A DNA stretch of 64,000 nucleotides from Terriglobia bacterium (GTDB taxonomy: Bacteria; Acidobacteriota; Terriglobia; Terriglobales; Acidobacteriaceae). The notes under the pieces are model-generated. The model was given only the letters and a program-made list of their open reading frames with translations, was not told the DNA's origin and did no database searches. This document shows positions 8,764-17,166 of this stretch, piece by piece; position 1 is the first letter of the stretch, and each line of letters opens with the position of its first letter. The stretch spans positions 7,223 through 71,222 of the forward strand of contig JAIQGE010000014.1 of assembly GCA_020072815.1 (NCBI GenBank). The letters are read 5' to 3'. Made by a program: the position numbers and the translations under genes.

Positions 8764-10374
8764 ATGGCACCCAGCATAACGAAACACCACGGCGCCGCGG
8801 CCATGGCGGAACTGGAAAGCCTGCGTCATGAGTTCCAGGCCAAGGCGGCCTCGGAACCAAGGCCCCAGGCCTTTTCTTCGCGCGTGGGCGTAGTGCTTTC
8901 CGGCGGAGGCGCGCGCGGCGCGTATGAAGCCGGCGCTCTCATGGCTTTTCAAGACGCCAAGGTGCCCACGCACATCGTTACTGCCAGCTCCATCGGCAGC
9001 ATCAATGCCGCATCGTTTGCCGCGCATGCAGAGGGCCTGGTAGGCAAGGCCGAAACTCTGGTCCGCTCCTGGATGGAACTCACTCCCGCCACGCTGGGCA
9101 TTGACTGGTCGCGTTACATCTTTCTTCTTGCCGGACTGGTGGCGGCCTCCGCCGGCGCCGGCAATTTCATCTGGGAGTGGATGAAGGAGCACGGCATCTA
9201 TCTGCACGCGCACCATCCCAAGTTCACCTGGTTTGCCCTGGCGGCGGCGGGAGTGGCCATTCTGTTTTTTGCCGACAAGCTCTCTTACATCGGCTACGTG
9301 ATCCTGAATTTCCTGCGCGGGCGCAACTGGGACCCCGACCGCAGAAAAGCCTGGGTCTCCCTGGGCGCCAACGTGCTGGTGTGGGGATTCATCGTGATCT
9401 TCCTGGTGTTCACGTACGTGCATCTGCCCATCGGCGGCGGCAGAAAGTTTGAGTTGAACGCGCCCCTGCCCGCGGTGGCCGTGATCCTGGCGGGCATCGG
9501 GCTGTACAAGCTCTTTCAAGAGCCTCTCAGTAAGCTCAGCCATAGCTTTCTGCGCTTGCCGCTGCGCACCGGGTTGTTCCCCAACTTTGACCGCATGAAG
9601 TTTCTGCGCGCGCGCATTCCCCAGGACCTGCTGCGCAAATCAGAAATTCGCACCATCATGACCGCCACGGACATTGAGCATGGCTCGGCCCGCTATTTTT
9701 CCAACGTCCCCGTGGACGTGCTGCTGAAAGACCCGGAAGTGCAGGAAGAATTTGTCCGTCGCGAAGTGGAGCAGCCTTCTGACCTGGTGCACGCCGCGGT
9801 GGCGTCGTCGGCGTATACGTTTACCTATGAGGCCGTGCCCATGGACGGACGCGTGTGGACCGATGGCGGCATCGTCTCCAACCAGCCCATTCTGCCGGCG
9901 CTGCGCCTGGGCGCCGACGTGCTTTTCCTGGTGCTGGTGACGCCGCTCGAAGGCGACGACAATACCGGCGAGGTCAAGACGTTTCTTGACGTCGGCGTGC
10001 ACACCGTGGACATTCTCATCTCCAAAAACTTCAAGTCCGATATCGCGCTGCTGAACAATGTCAACCGCCTCTGTTCCATCTACGCGGCGGAGATGGGCGT
10101 GCAGCCCGAGCAGATTGAGCTGGAGATCGGGAAGCAGCATTACCGTTACGTGAAATCGTTCAACATTGCGCCGGAAAAATCTCTGCCCGCGACGGCTCTG
10201 GATTTTGACGGCGACATCATCGGTCCCATCATCGTGCAGGGCTATAAAGACGCTGCCAAAGTGATTCGCGAATTTTTGGACTACGAGATCGCGCGACCGC
10301 CGCGCGAATCGCGACGCGTGGTGCGCCTGGCCGCCGAACGCCCGGAAGGAAATTTCCGGCTTACCGTGCGTTAA
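8764..10374 (+). CDS. patatin-like phospholipase with a 4-TM membrane insertion between the nucleophile elbow and catalytic Asp
   Basis: Gly-rich loop GGGARGAYEAG; nucleophile elbow TASSIGS (GxSxG variant); catalytic DGG (WTDGGIVSNQP); about 170-aa insert with four hydrophobic helices; start chosen at MAPSITK (ORF track begins at GTG 8680). Confidence 0.75.
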   Translation: MAPSITKHHGAAAMAELESLRHEFQAKAASEPRPQAFSSRVGVVLSGGGARGAYEAGALMAFQDAKVPTHIVTASSIGSINAASFAAHAEGLVGKAETLVRSWMELTPATLGIDWSRYIFLLAGLVAASAGAGNFIWEWMKEHGIYLHAHHPKFTWFALAAAGVAILFFADKLSYIGYVILNFLRGRNWDPDRRKAWVSLGANVLVWGFIVIFLVFTYVHLPIGGGRKFELNAPLPAVAVILAGIGLYKLFQEPLSKLSHSFLRLPLRTGLFPNFDRMKFLRARIPQDLLRKSEIRTIMTATDIEHGSARYFSNVPVDVLLKDPEVQEEFVRREVEQPSDLVHAAVASSAYTFTYEAVPMDGRVWTDGGIVSNQPILPALRLGADVLFLVLVTPLEGDDNTGEVKTFLDVGVHTVDILISKNFKSDIALLNNVNRLCSIYAAEMGVQPEQIELEIGKQHYRYVKSFNIAPEKSLPATALDFDGDIIGPIIVQGYKDAAKVIREFLDYEIARPPRESRRVVRLAAERPEGNFRLTVR

Positions 10375-10396
10375 GCTCTTCTATGGCTTCTGGGCA

Positions 10397-11629
10397 TTAG
10401 CCTGCTTGCGCGTTTTGCCATCCTAAGAATGCTCCCAGTTCCTCCAGGAACACCTGCCAGGCTGGTTCGTCCGCGAGAAGAATATGATTGCCGGTGCTGA
10501 GCGGGACGAATCGCGCACCGGGGATTTCGGCGGCCAGAATTCGCCCTTCTTCCGCGGGAATGACGCGATCGCGGTCGCCGTGGAAGACGAGGGTGGGCAC
10601 GGAGACCTTCGGCAAGACGTCTCGGACGTTGATCTCGTCGAGCGTTATCATGATGCGGGCGGCATTCTCCGGACTCGCTGATATCCGCTGCAGATCATTG
10701 AACCATTGCTGTTGTTCGGGTGTGGAATTGTGGGGAATATAAAAATTCGTGAACATCGATTTGAAATCCGGATTGTTCTTGCCCCAATCCAACCGTATCA
10801 AAGTCTGCAGTGCGCGCCGCCCCGCGATTTGTTTTTCTGTGCCGCGGACGCTCAAGCCGCGTGAGAACGCACCCAGCAGGATCAGATGGCTCACTCGCTC
10901 TGGATGCCGTATCGCATAGCTAATGGCCACGGCTCCACCCTGGGAGATTCCCAGGAGCGCAAATTTCTCAACGCCGGCCGCCTCAACCACCGTCTCCAGG
11001 TCCTGGACCCAAAGTTCCAGCGACATCTCCTTCACGTCCCATTGTGACAGGCCGTTGCCACGCTCGTCGTAGCGGACCAGGCGGTGATGTTTCGTCATTT
11101 CTGCGAGCCAATGCTTCCACAGCGGGCTGTCCCATTCGTAGTCCAGATGATTGAGCCAATTGGCGGACTTGACCAGCGGATATCCGGAGCCGGCGCTGGA
11201 GTAGGCCAGCCGTACGCCGTCGCGGGTGGTGCAAAATTGGATCTTTTGCCGTGGCGTGGATGCAAGGGCGCCGCTGGCTTCCGCAGGCTTGACTTGCCGC
11301 GAACCGATCTCCGAAACTGCCGCGACAAAGCGATAGCCCACGCGCGGCACGGTTTCAATGTAAGCCTGGCCGGTGGCACTCTCGCCCAGCGCCTTGCGCA
11401 GCAGTGACACGTTCTTGTTGAGGTTGTTCTCCTCCACCACGGTATCCGGCCAGATCCGCGCCAGCAGGTCCTCTTTTTTGATCAGGCGTCCCGCATTCTC
11501 CACCAGCAAACACAGGATTTCAAAGGCCTTCAACTGCAGCCCGACCTCAACGCCCCCGCGCAGCAGGCGGTGTTCTGCCGGATCGAGCTGAAATGGTCCG
11601 AACTGATAAAGACTTGCGCTGCGCGCCAT
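10397..11629 (-). CDS. fusion protein: N-terminal OmpR/CadC-type winged-helix DNA-binding domain plus C-terminal alpha/beta-hydrolase domain
   Basis: N-term LYQFGPFQLDPAEHRLLRGGVEVGLQLKAFEILCLLVENAGRLIKKEDLLARIWPDTVVEENNLNKNVSLLRKAL (trans_reg_C); C-term hydrolase with nucleophile elbow GISQGG and acid/His motifs HGDRDRV / GNHIL; start taken at MARSAS (11629), alternative M at 11656. Confidence 0.7.
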   Translation of the reverse strand: MARSASLYQFGPFQLDPAEHRLLRGGVEVGLQLKAFEILCLLVENAGRLIKKEDLLARIWPDTVVEENNLNKNVSLLRKALGESATGQAYIETVPRVGYRFVAAVSEIGSRQVKPAEASGALASTPRQKIQFCTTRDGVRLAYSSAGSGYPLVKSANWLNHLDYEWDSPLWKHWLAEMTKHHRLVRYDERGNGLSQWDVKEMSLELWVQDLETVVEAAGVEKFALLGISQGGAVAISYAIRHPERVSHLILLGAFSRGLSVRGTEKQIAGRRALQTLIRLDWGKNNPDFKSMFTNFYIPHNSTPEQQQWFNDLQRISASPENAARIMITLDEINVRDVLPKVSVPTLVFHGDRDRVIPAEEGRILAAEIPGARFVPLSTGNHILLADEPAWQVFLEELGAFLGWQNAQAG

Positions 11630-11778
11630 GTCATAAAAAAGTAACAAAAAACCCATCTTGCTGAAAGGACTTCCGGCCTCCCCGCGGCGTTTAATCGCCC
11701 AGTGCGCGCGAGTTGGCGGCGAATCGAGAGTCCAGGGCCGATGAGCGGCAACAACAGACTAAGCAGGAGACGATAACA

Positions 11779-13182
11779 ATGCCCAAGTTACTTCCCGACC
11801 AGAGTTTTTACCCATCGGCCAAAATGGCCATGGAAGCGGCCCCGGAAAAGCTGGCCTACATGGTCATGCTGAATGAAGATGCCGGCTCCCCTGACGCCAT
11901 GGCGGTGGTGGACCTGGATCCGGCTTCCAGGACGCAAGGCAAAATCATCCACCGGATTGACATGCCCAACGCGGGCGACGAGCTGCATCACTTCGGCTGG
12001 AATGCCTGCAGTTCCTGCCTGTGTCCTCACTCGCCGCATCCCCACATGGAACGGCGTTACCTGGTAGTTCCCGGGTTAAGATCTTCCCGCATACACATCC
12101 TTGACACCAAGCCAGATCCCCGCAAGCCGGTGCTGACCAAGGTGATTGAGCCGGACGAAGTAATGAAAAAATCCGGCTACAGCCGTCCCCATACCTCGCA
12201 CTGCGGGCCGGACGGCGTTTACATGAATGCCATCGGCTCCGCCGAGGGCAAAGGGCCGGGCGGAATCTTTGTTCTCGATCCTGAAACCTTCCAGATCAAG
12301 GGACCATGGGAAGCCGATCGCGGACCACAACACCTCTCGTACGACTTCTGGTGGCACCTGGGCCACGACACCATGATCACCAGCGAGTGGGGAACTCCCG
12401 ACATGGTGGAGAACGGCGTGAACCCGGAACTGCTGCTGGGCGGCAAGTACGGACATGCGCTCCACGTCTGGGACCTGGACAAGCGGCGCCATCGCCAGGT
12501 GCTGGACCTGGGGGCGGAACACCAGATGCCGCTCGAACTGCGTCCGGCGCACGATCCCGCGGAAACTTACGGCTTCGTCGGCGTGGTGGTCTCACTCAAG
12601 GACCTCTCGGCCTCGGTTTGGCTGTGGCACCACGAGGGTTCCAACGGCAACGGCTCCTGGAAGCTCCGCAAAGTGATCGAGATTCCCGCGGAGCCGGCCC
12701 CGGCAGAGAAGCTGCCGCCACTGTTGCAGGGTTTCAAGGCTGTTCCACCGTTCATCACCGACATCAACCTCTCGCTCGACGACCGTTTCCTCTATGTTTC
12801 GTGCTGGGGCACGGGCGAACTGCGGCAGTATGACGTCTCTGATCCGTTCAATCCAGTGCTGACCGGTACGGTGCGGATCGGTGGCATGGTCAGCCGGCAG
12901 GCGCATCCGAGAAATCCCGGGCGCGCGCTGAACGGCGGACCGCAGATGGTGGAGCTGAGCCGTGACGGAAAACGCGTTTACCTGACCAACTCCCTGTACC
13001 GTTCCTGGGACGACCAGTTCTTTCCCGATGGAATTCGCGGATGGTTGACGACGGTTGACGCGAATCCCAACGGCGGATTGAGCCTGGACTCCGGGTTGTT
13101 CCTGGAGACGGAAAATTTTCGTCCGCACCAGGTACACCTGCAGGGCGGCGATGCATCGTCAGACTCGTACTGTTTCTCCTAA
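11779..13182 (+). CDS. selenium-binding protein family (SBP56; methanethiol-oxidase-like)
   Basis: 467 aa; conserved SBP56 blocks HTSHCGPDG, WWHLGHDTMITSEWGTP, GGMVSRQAHP; AGGAGA RBS at 11765-11770. Confidence 0.85.
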   Translation: MPKLLPDQSFYPSAKMAMEAAPEKLAYMVMLNEDAGSPDAMAVVDLDPASRTQGKIIHRIDMPNAGDELHHFGWNACSSCLCPHSPHPHMERRYLVVPGLRSSRIHILDTKPDPRKPVLTKVIEPDEVMKKSGYSRPHTSHCGPDGVYMNAIGSAEGKGPGGIFVLDPETFQIKGPWEADRGPQHLSYDFWWHLGHDTMITSEWGTPDMVENGVNPELLLGGKYGHALHVWDLDKRRHRQVLDLGAEHQMPLELRPAHDPAETYGFVGVVVSLKDLSASVWLWHHEGSNGNGSWKLRKVIEIPAEPAPAEKLPPLLQGFKAVPPFITDINLSLDDRFLYVSCWGTGELRQYDVSDPFNPVLTGTVRIGGMVSRQAHPRNPGRALNGGPQMVELSRDGKRVYLTNSLYRSWDDQFFPDGIRGWLTTVDANPNGGLSLDSGLFLETENFRPHQVHLQGGDASSDSYCFS

Positions 13183-13194
13183 AGGCGGCATGTG

Positions 13195-13845
13195 ATGAAT
13201 GAGATGACGATGACAACGTCGTGGGCCGTTCTCTTGGGGCTGGGGGCTTTCCACGGAATCAACCCCGGCATGGGATGGCTGTTCGCGGTGGCGCTGGGAA
13301 TGCAGGAGCGCCGCCGCGGGGCCGTTCTCTCCGCCTTGTTGCCGCTGGGTTTGGGGCATGCTCTGGCGGTGGCCGCGGCCATCGCGCTGGCGCTGGTGGC
13401 GGGTGTGGTGCTCCCGGTGCACTGGCTGCGCTGGCTGGTGGCCGGAACGCTGGTCACGCTGGGTGTGGCGCGCTTCATCCGGCACCGGCACCCGCGCTGG
13501 GCCAGCATGCGGGTGGGCGCCGTCGCGCTTACGCTGTGGTCTTTCCTGATGGCTTCAGCGCATGGCGCTGGTCTTATGGTTGTGCCGGTGTTTCTGGCGA
13601 TGACCGCCACCGATGCCGGCCACAGTCACCATCATGCAATGCAAATGGCCGGGGCCACGCCGGCCAGCGCGATGCTGGCGACCGGCCTGCATGCAGTCGG
13701 CTACCTGCTGGTGACCGCCGCCGTGGCTTTCCTGGTGTTTGAGAAACTCGGCGTCGGCGTGCTGCGCAAGGCGTGGTTCAACCTTGATCTGCTCTGGGCG
13801 GTCAGCTTGATCGGCACGGGAGTGATCAGTGTTGTGCTGGCTTAA
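13195..13845 (+). CDS. 6-TM membrane protein with His-rich loop (HSHHH); putative metal-ion transporter (NicO/HupE-like)
   Basis: 216 aa; six hydrophobic helices; His in TM1/2/4 (FHGINPGMGW, LGHAL, SAHGAG); cytoplasmic loop TATDAGHSHHHAMQ; 10-bp gap after SBP56 gene. Confidence 0.5.
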   Translation: MNEMTMTTSWAVLLGLGAFHGINPGMGWLFAVALGMQERRRGAVLSALLPLGLGHALAVAAAIALALVAGVVLPVHWLRWLVAGTLVTLGVARFIRHRHPRWASMRVGAVALTLWSFLMASAHGAGLMVVPVFLAMTATDAGHSHHHAMQMAGATPASAMLATGLHAVGYLLVTAAVAFLVFEKLGVGVLRKAWFNLDLLWAVSLIGTGVISVVLA

Positions 13846-13877
13846 CCTCGCAATAATCGGCGGTGACAAAAGATGGA

Positions 13878-13906
13878 GGGCGCTTCGGCGCCCTTCATTT
13901 GCTTTG
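13878..13906 (+). terminator. Rho-independent terminator (possibly bidirectional) between SBP56 operon and convergent PAP2 gene
   Basis: GGGCGC-ttcg-GCGCCC followed by TTCATTTGCTTTG. Confidence 0.6.
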
Positions 13907-13974
13907 CAACTCGGTTGCCTCCGCAAAAGCAACTGCTCGTCGCGCAAAGTTGTGCACAGAAGGCCGGCGGCTCA

Positions 13975-14691
13975 CTATGCGCGCCCGCGGCGCTTCTTGA
14001 TCTGAGGGACTACCTTCTTGCGCACGCGGTCGGCTGCCAGCATGCTGCTCACCCAGACCGCTGCTGCCAGGTAGCCGGCAAGCACGTCACTGGGATAGTG
14101 GACGCCAAGATAGATGCGGGAAAATCCTATCGCCGCCACCACCACCGCGGCCGCGACGCCCGCGCCGATTCGCACCGGCATGTAGCGCACGCGGTCGGCG
14201 ATCAGTCCGGCCAGCACCGCGTAAAAGCAGAACGAGCACAACGCGTGGCCGCTGGGAAAACTGTAAGAGTCAGGTTGGGACACAAAGAAAGCGTCGGGTC
14301 GCGTGCGATGGAACGCCTGCTTCAGAATCAGGTCCAGCCCCAGCGCTCCGGCCATGGTAAAGGTGAGCCACAACGCGCCACGGCGCCAGCGCAGCCACAG
14401 AAAGACGCCCAACGCCGCCACCAGCTCCACGATCAGGAAGCCGTATCCCAGGCGGGAAATAAAGATCATGAGCTGCGTGAGCGACGGGGAAGCCAGCGCG
14501 TGTACCCAGTCACGCACCGCATCGTCAAATCGTGTGAACGAGCCGCTCAACATTTCCTGCGACAGCCAGGCAAACAAGAAGATGCTCACGCCTGCGGTGA
14601 GCAGGCTGCCGGCGAGCAGCGCTTCCATCAGCCGCGTTGGCGGCGGAGCTTGCTCGGCATCGGGTAAAGTCAGGTCAGGTTGGTTGGTCAC
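13975..14691 (-). CDS. PAP2 superfamily phosphatase (phosphatidic acid phosphatase type 2 / haloperoxidase fold), membrane-bound
   Basis: 238 aa; PAP2 motifs KqafhRtRP, PSGH, SRiylgvHypsD; multiple TM helices. Confidence 0.8.
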   Translation of the reverse strand: MTNQPDLTLPDAEQAPPPTRLMEALLAGSLLTAGVSIFLFAWLSQEMLSGSFTRFDDAVRDWVHALASPSLTQLMIFISRLGYGFLIVELVAALGVFLWLRWRRGALWLTFTMAGALGLDLILKQAFHRTRPDAFFVSQPDSYSFPSGHALCSFCFYAVLAGLIADRVRYMPVRIGAGVAAAVVVAAIGFSRIYLGVHYPSDVLAGYLAAAVWVSSMLAADRVRKKVVPQIKKRRGRA

Positions 14692-14696
14692 GCGGC

Positions 14697-15227
14697 CTAG
14701 CGCCCTCTCGCTTGGGCTTTGGCTTCACTGCTGAGCCCGCGCAGCACGCGGCTGAAGTAGTCGGCATTGCGCGTCACAAAGATCAGCCGGTGTCCGCATG
14801 CCAGGTAGGATTCCGGGCGCAGCGTTGCCATCTGCTGCCAGAAGATATGCTGCAAGCGCTTGAGGTCCCAGCGGGTCTTGGCCTGGGTCTTGCTGGAACT
14901 TGCTGGGCCCAGCGTGAACCACTTGTAAGCGATGAAGACTTCAAAGTCCAGATCAGCCGGGGTTGAGTCGAAGAGGTACCATTCGTCACAGTCGCCGCTG
15001 GGGAGCGTGGCGGGGTTTTCCACGGCAGGAACGTAGACGGCGGAGTCCAGCACGCGCCAGCCTTGTTCGATTTGCAGCGGCGTGGGCTCCAGCGGTCCGG
15101 AATCGAACAAGGTGATGACCAGGTTTTTGCCGGCGAAGGCGTCGGGGCACACGCGCACCACGTCCGGAAGAGTATGGCTGGATGCTTCCAGCCAGCGAAA
15201 GTCGCCATGTACGCCGTGAAACATCAT
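14697..15227 (-). CDS. hypothetical protein (176 aa) in MbtH operon
   Basis: ORF with good codon periodicity; 5-bp gap to PAP2 gene and 39-bp gap to MbtH gene on same strand; no recognisable motif. Confidence 0.45.
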   Translation of the reverse strand: MMFHGVHGDFRWLEASSHTLPDVVRVCPDAFAGKNLVITLFDSGPLEPTPLQIEQGWRVLDSAVYVPAVENPATLPSGDCDEWYLFDSTPADLDFEVFIAYKWFTLGPASSSKTQAKTRWDLKRLQHIFWQQMATLRPESYLACGHRLIFVTRNADYFSRVLRGLSSEAKAQARGR

Positions 15228-15266
15228 TTATGAATCAAGCTCCTCCGCCTGCCGGCTCCAGCCGCG

Positions 15267-15485
15267 TTATTTCTGCCCGGACTGCTCCAGCTTCTTTCTT
15301 AGGCTCAGCGGACGCATGTCCGTCCACACTTCCTTAATGTAGTCCAGGCACTCTTGCTTGGTGCCGGACTTGCCGGCATCGTTCCAGCCCAGCGGGTTTT
15401 CCCGATGCACGGGCCAGATGGAATACTGCTCTTCGTGGTTGATCACCACTTTGTAGATGGTTTTGTCATCGCGATCCGGGTCCAT
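15267..15485 (-). CDS. MbtH-like protein
   Basis: 72 aa; matches MbtH signature [24 protein letters not shown]...[19 protein letters not shown]. Confidence 0.85.
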   Translation of the reverse strand: MDPDRDDKTIYKVVINHEEQYSIWPVHRENPLGWNDAGKSGTKQECLDYIKEVWTDMRPLSLRKKLEQSGQK

Positions 15486-15517
15486 GTTTGGTTCCTCCAG
15501 CCTGAACTACTTTGCCG

Positions 15518-16030
15518 TCAGCTCTGGCGACTCACCGCTGCCCAGCTTCCACCTTCCACGGGCTGCGTCATGTCGGCTTCCCACACGCCTTCAAAATCCA
15601 CGAAGTAGGCTTTCACGTCGATTTCCGGAATCGTGGACTTCAGATAGTCATACGCCCGATGCATCTCCTGGCGATGGTGCTCGGCTTCAATCGTCGGGTC
15701 ATTCTCAAAGCCCGCCAGCCCGCCGTACGCGCCGCAGTCCGAGTGCAGCATGAGAATCACGGTTTTTGTCCCATGCAGCTGGATGGATTTGCGGATCTGC
15801 TCCAGTACAAACTCGCGGTCACTTTCATGGTCGGGCGAAGCCAGGCACTTGGCGCCGCCGGCAATCCGCACCGGATCAGGCCGCTCAATCCCCGTGCGCT
15901 TGAGAAGCTTCTGAAACACCAGATCAAAGCGATGGTCGTAACACCAGACTACGGCGGCGTCGGACTGGTAACGCTCTCGCGGGGAAGCAAAGTGGAAAAC
16001 TTTTTTCATGCTGGGGGAGACCTCTGCCAA
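15518..16030 (-). CDS. beta-class carbonic anhydrase-like protein (divergent)
   Basis: 170 aa; CxDxR (WCYDHRFD) and HxxCG (LHSDCGAYGG) zinc-ligand motifs about 56 aa apart, as in beta-CAs. Confidence 0.45.
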   Translation of the reverse strand: MAEVSPSMKKVFHFASPRERYQSDAAVVWCYDHRFDLVFQKLLKRTGIERPDPVRIAGGAKCLASPDHESDREFVLEQIRKSIQLHGTKTVILMLHSDCGAYGGLAGFENDPTIEAEHHRQEMHRAYDYLKSTIPEIDVKAYFVDFEGVWEADMTQPVEGGSWAAVSRQS

Positions 16031-16315
16031 CCATTATATGGGAGGGCGCGCGGGTGAATGCCCTGGCCGGACAAAACCCAAAACCTTGAAAACACGGAGG
16101 AACAGAGGTAGCGGAGGATGTGATGGGTTCGTCCACCCTGTGACCATTTGCATGCGTAGGCGATTCTCAGTCACGACGCAGAGTGTAATGATCGGCTCTT
16201 GCTTACGCTGCTTTGGTTTTCAATTACCAAATTACCAGATTACTCAATTACCAATTTCTCCCCTCCGTTTCCTCCTTTCCTCTGTGTTTCAAAGGTTTTG
16301 GGTTTTGCGCGGACG

Positions 16316-17104
16316 TTACGTAAAGAACCCCATGATCTTCTCCGCCACTTCTTTGGGAGCCTCCACCGGAAGGAAGTGTCCGTTCTGGGCGAAGTGCCAG
16401 ACTTTCTGCCCGCCGAAACGCCCGGCAAACGTGGACGCAATGTACGGATCGCGATCGCCCCACAGCACGCACGTAGGCACGCGTTGGGTGAGCTCCGGCA
16501 ATTTCTCTTCCCATCCTTTGTAGTTTTCCGGGTTGGTTGCGCGATAAAGCTGCAAGACCATCTTTCTCACCGGCCATTTCAAGAGCGCGTAGGTCTCGCG
16601 GATGTGTTCTTCCGGCATGGTCGGCGAACCTTTGCGCATGGAAGCGCGAAACACGCGCTCGTTCATGCTCATCATGCTCAGCTCGCCGAGGAAGCGCGTG
16701 CGCCAAATCCTGGCCCAGATGTGCCACTGGTAGTCGGAGAAGAAATTGGTGTTCATGATGGCCATGCGGCGGACGCGTTCCGGATGCCGCACCGCCCAGG
16801 CCAGCCCGTAAATCCCGCCGAAATCGTGGACGACCAGATTCACCGGCTCAGTGATGCCGGCGGCGTCGAGCAAGTCATTGATGAACCCGGCGAGCGATTC
16901 CAGCGAGAAGTCGAACCCTTCAGGAATGGATGAATGTCCGAAGCCCGGAAGGTCGGGTGCCAGGCAGCGGAAGCGCGACTGCATCTCCGCGATCACGCCG
17001 CGCCACAGGATGGATGAATCCGGGTTGCCATGGAGGAACAGAGTCGGCGGGCCGCTGCCCTGGTCTTTCATGAAGATGGTGGCGTTCTGTACGGTCAGGT
17101 TCAT
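16316..17104 (-). CDS. alpha/beta hydrolase, haloalkane dehalogenase/epoxide hydrolase-like
   Basis: 262 aa; HGNPDSS oxyanion motif; Asp nucleophile motif VVHDFGG; C-terminal NGHFLPVE His. Confidence 0.7.
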   Translation of the reverse strand: MNLTVQNATIFMKDQGSGPPTLFLHGNPDSSILWRGVIAEMQSRFRCLAPDLPGFGHSSIPEGFDFSLESLAGFINDLLDAAGITEPVNLVVHDFGGIYGLAWAVRHPERVRRMAIMNTNFFSDYQWHIWARIWRTRFLGELSMMSMNERVFRASMRKGSPTMPEEHIRETYALLKWPVRKMVLQLYRATNPENYKGWEEKLPELTQRVPTCVLWGDRDPYIASTFAGRFGGQKVWHFAQNGHFLPVEAPKEVAEKIMGFFT

Positions 17105-17166
17105 GATGTGGTCATCGTTGACAGAAAAAAGAAAGCTCCCGGTGAGAACTCAGCGCGAGACGAAGA

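Noticed and set aside
8198-9543. Minus-strand ORFs 8198-8860 (220 aa) and 8683-9543 (286 aa)
   Set aside because: They overlap the MerR gene and the patatin gene in antisense and have Pro/Arg/Gly-rich compositions with no motifs; treated as spurious.
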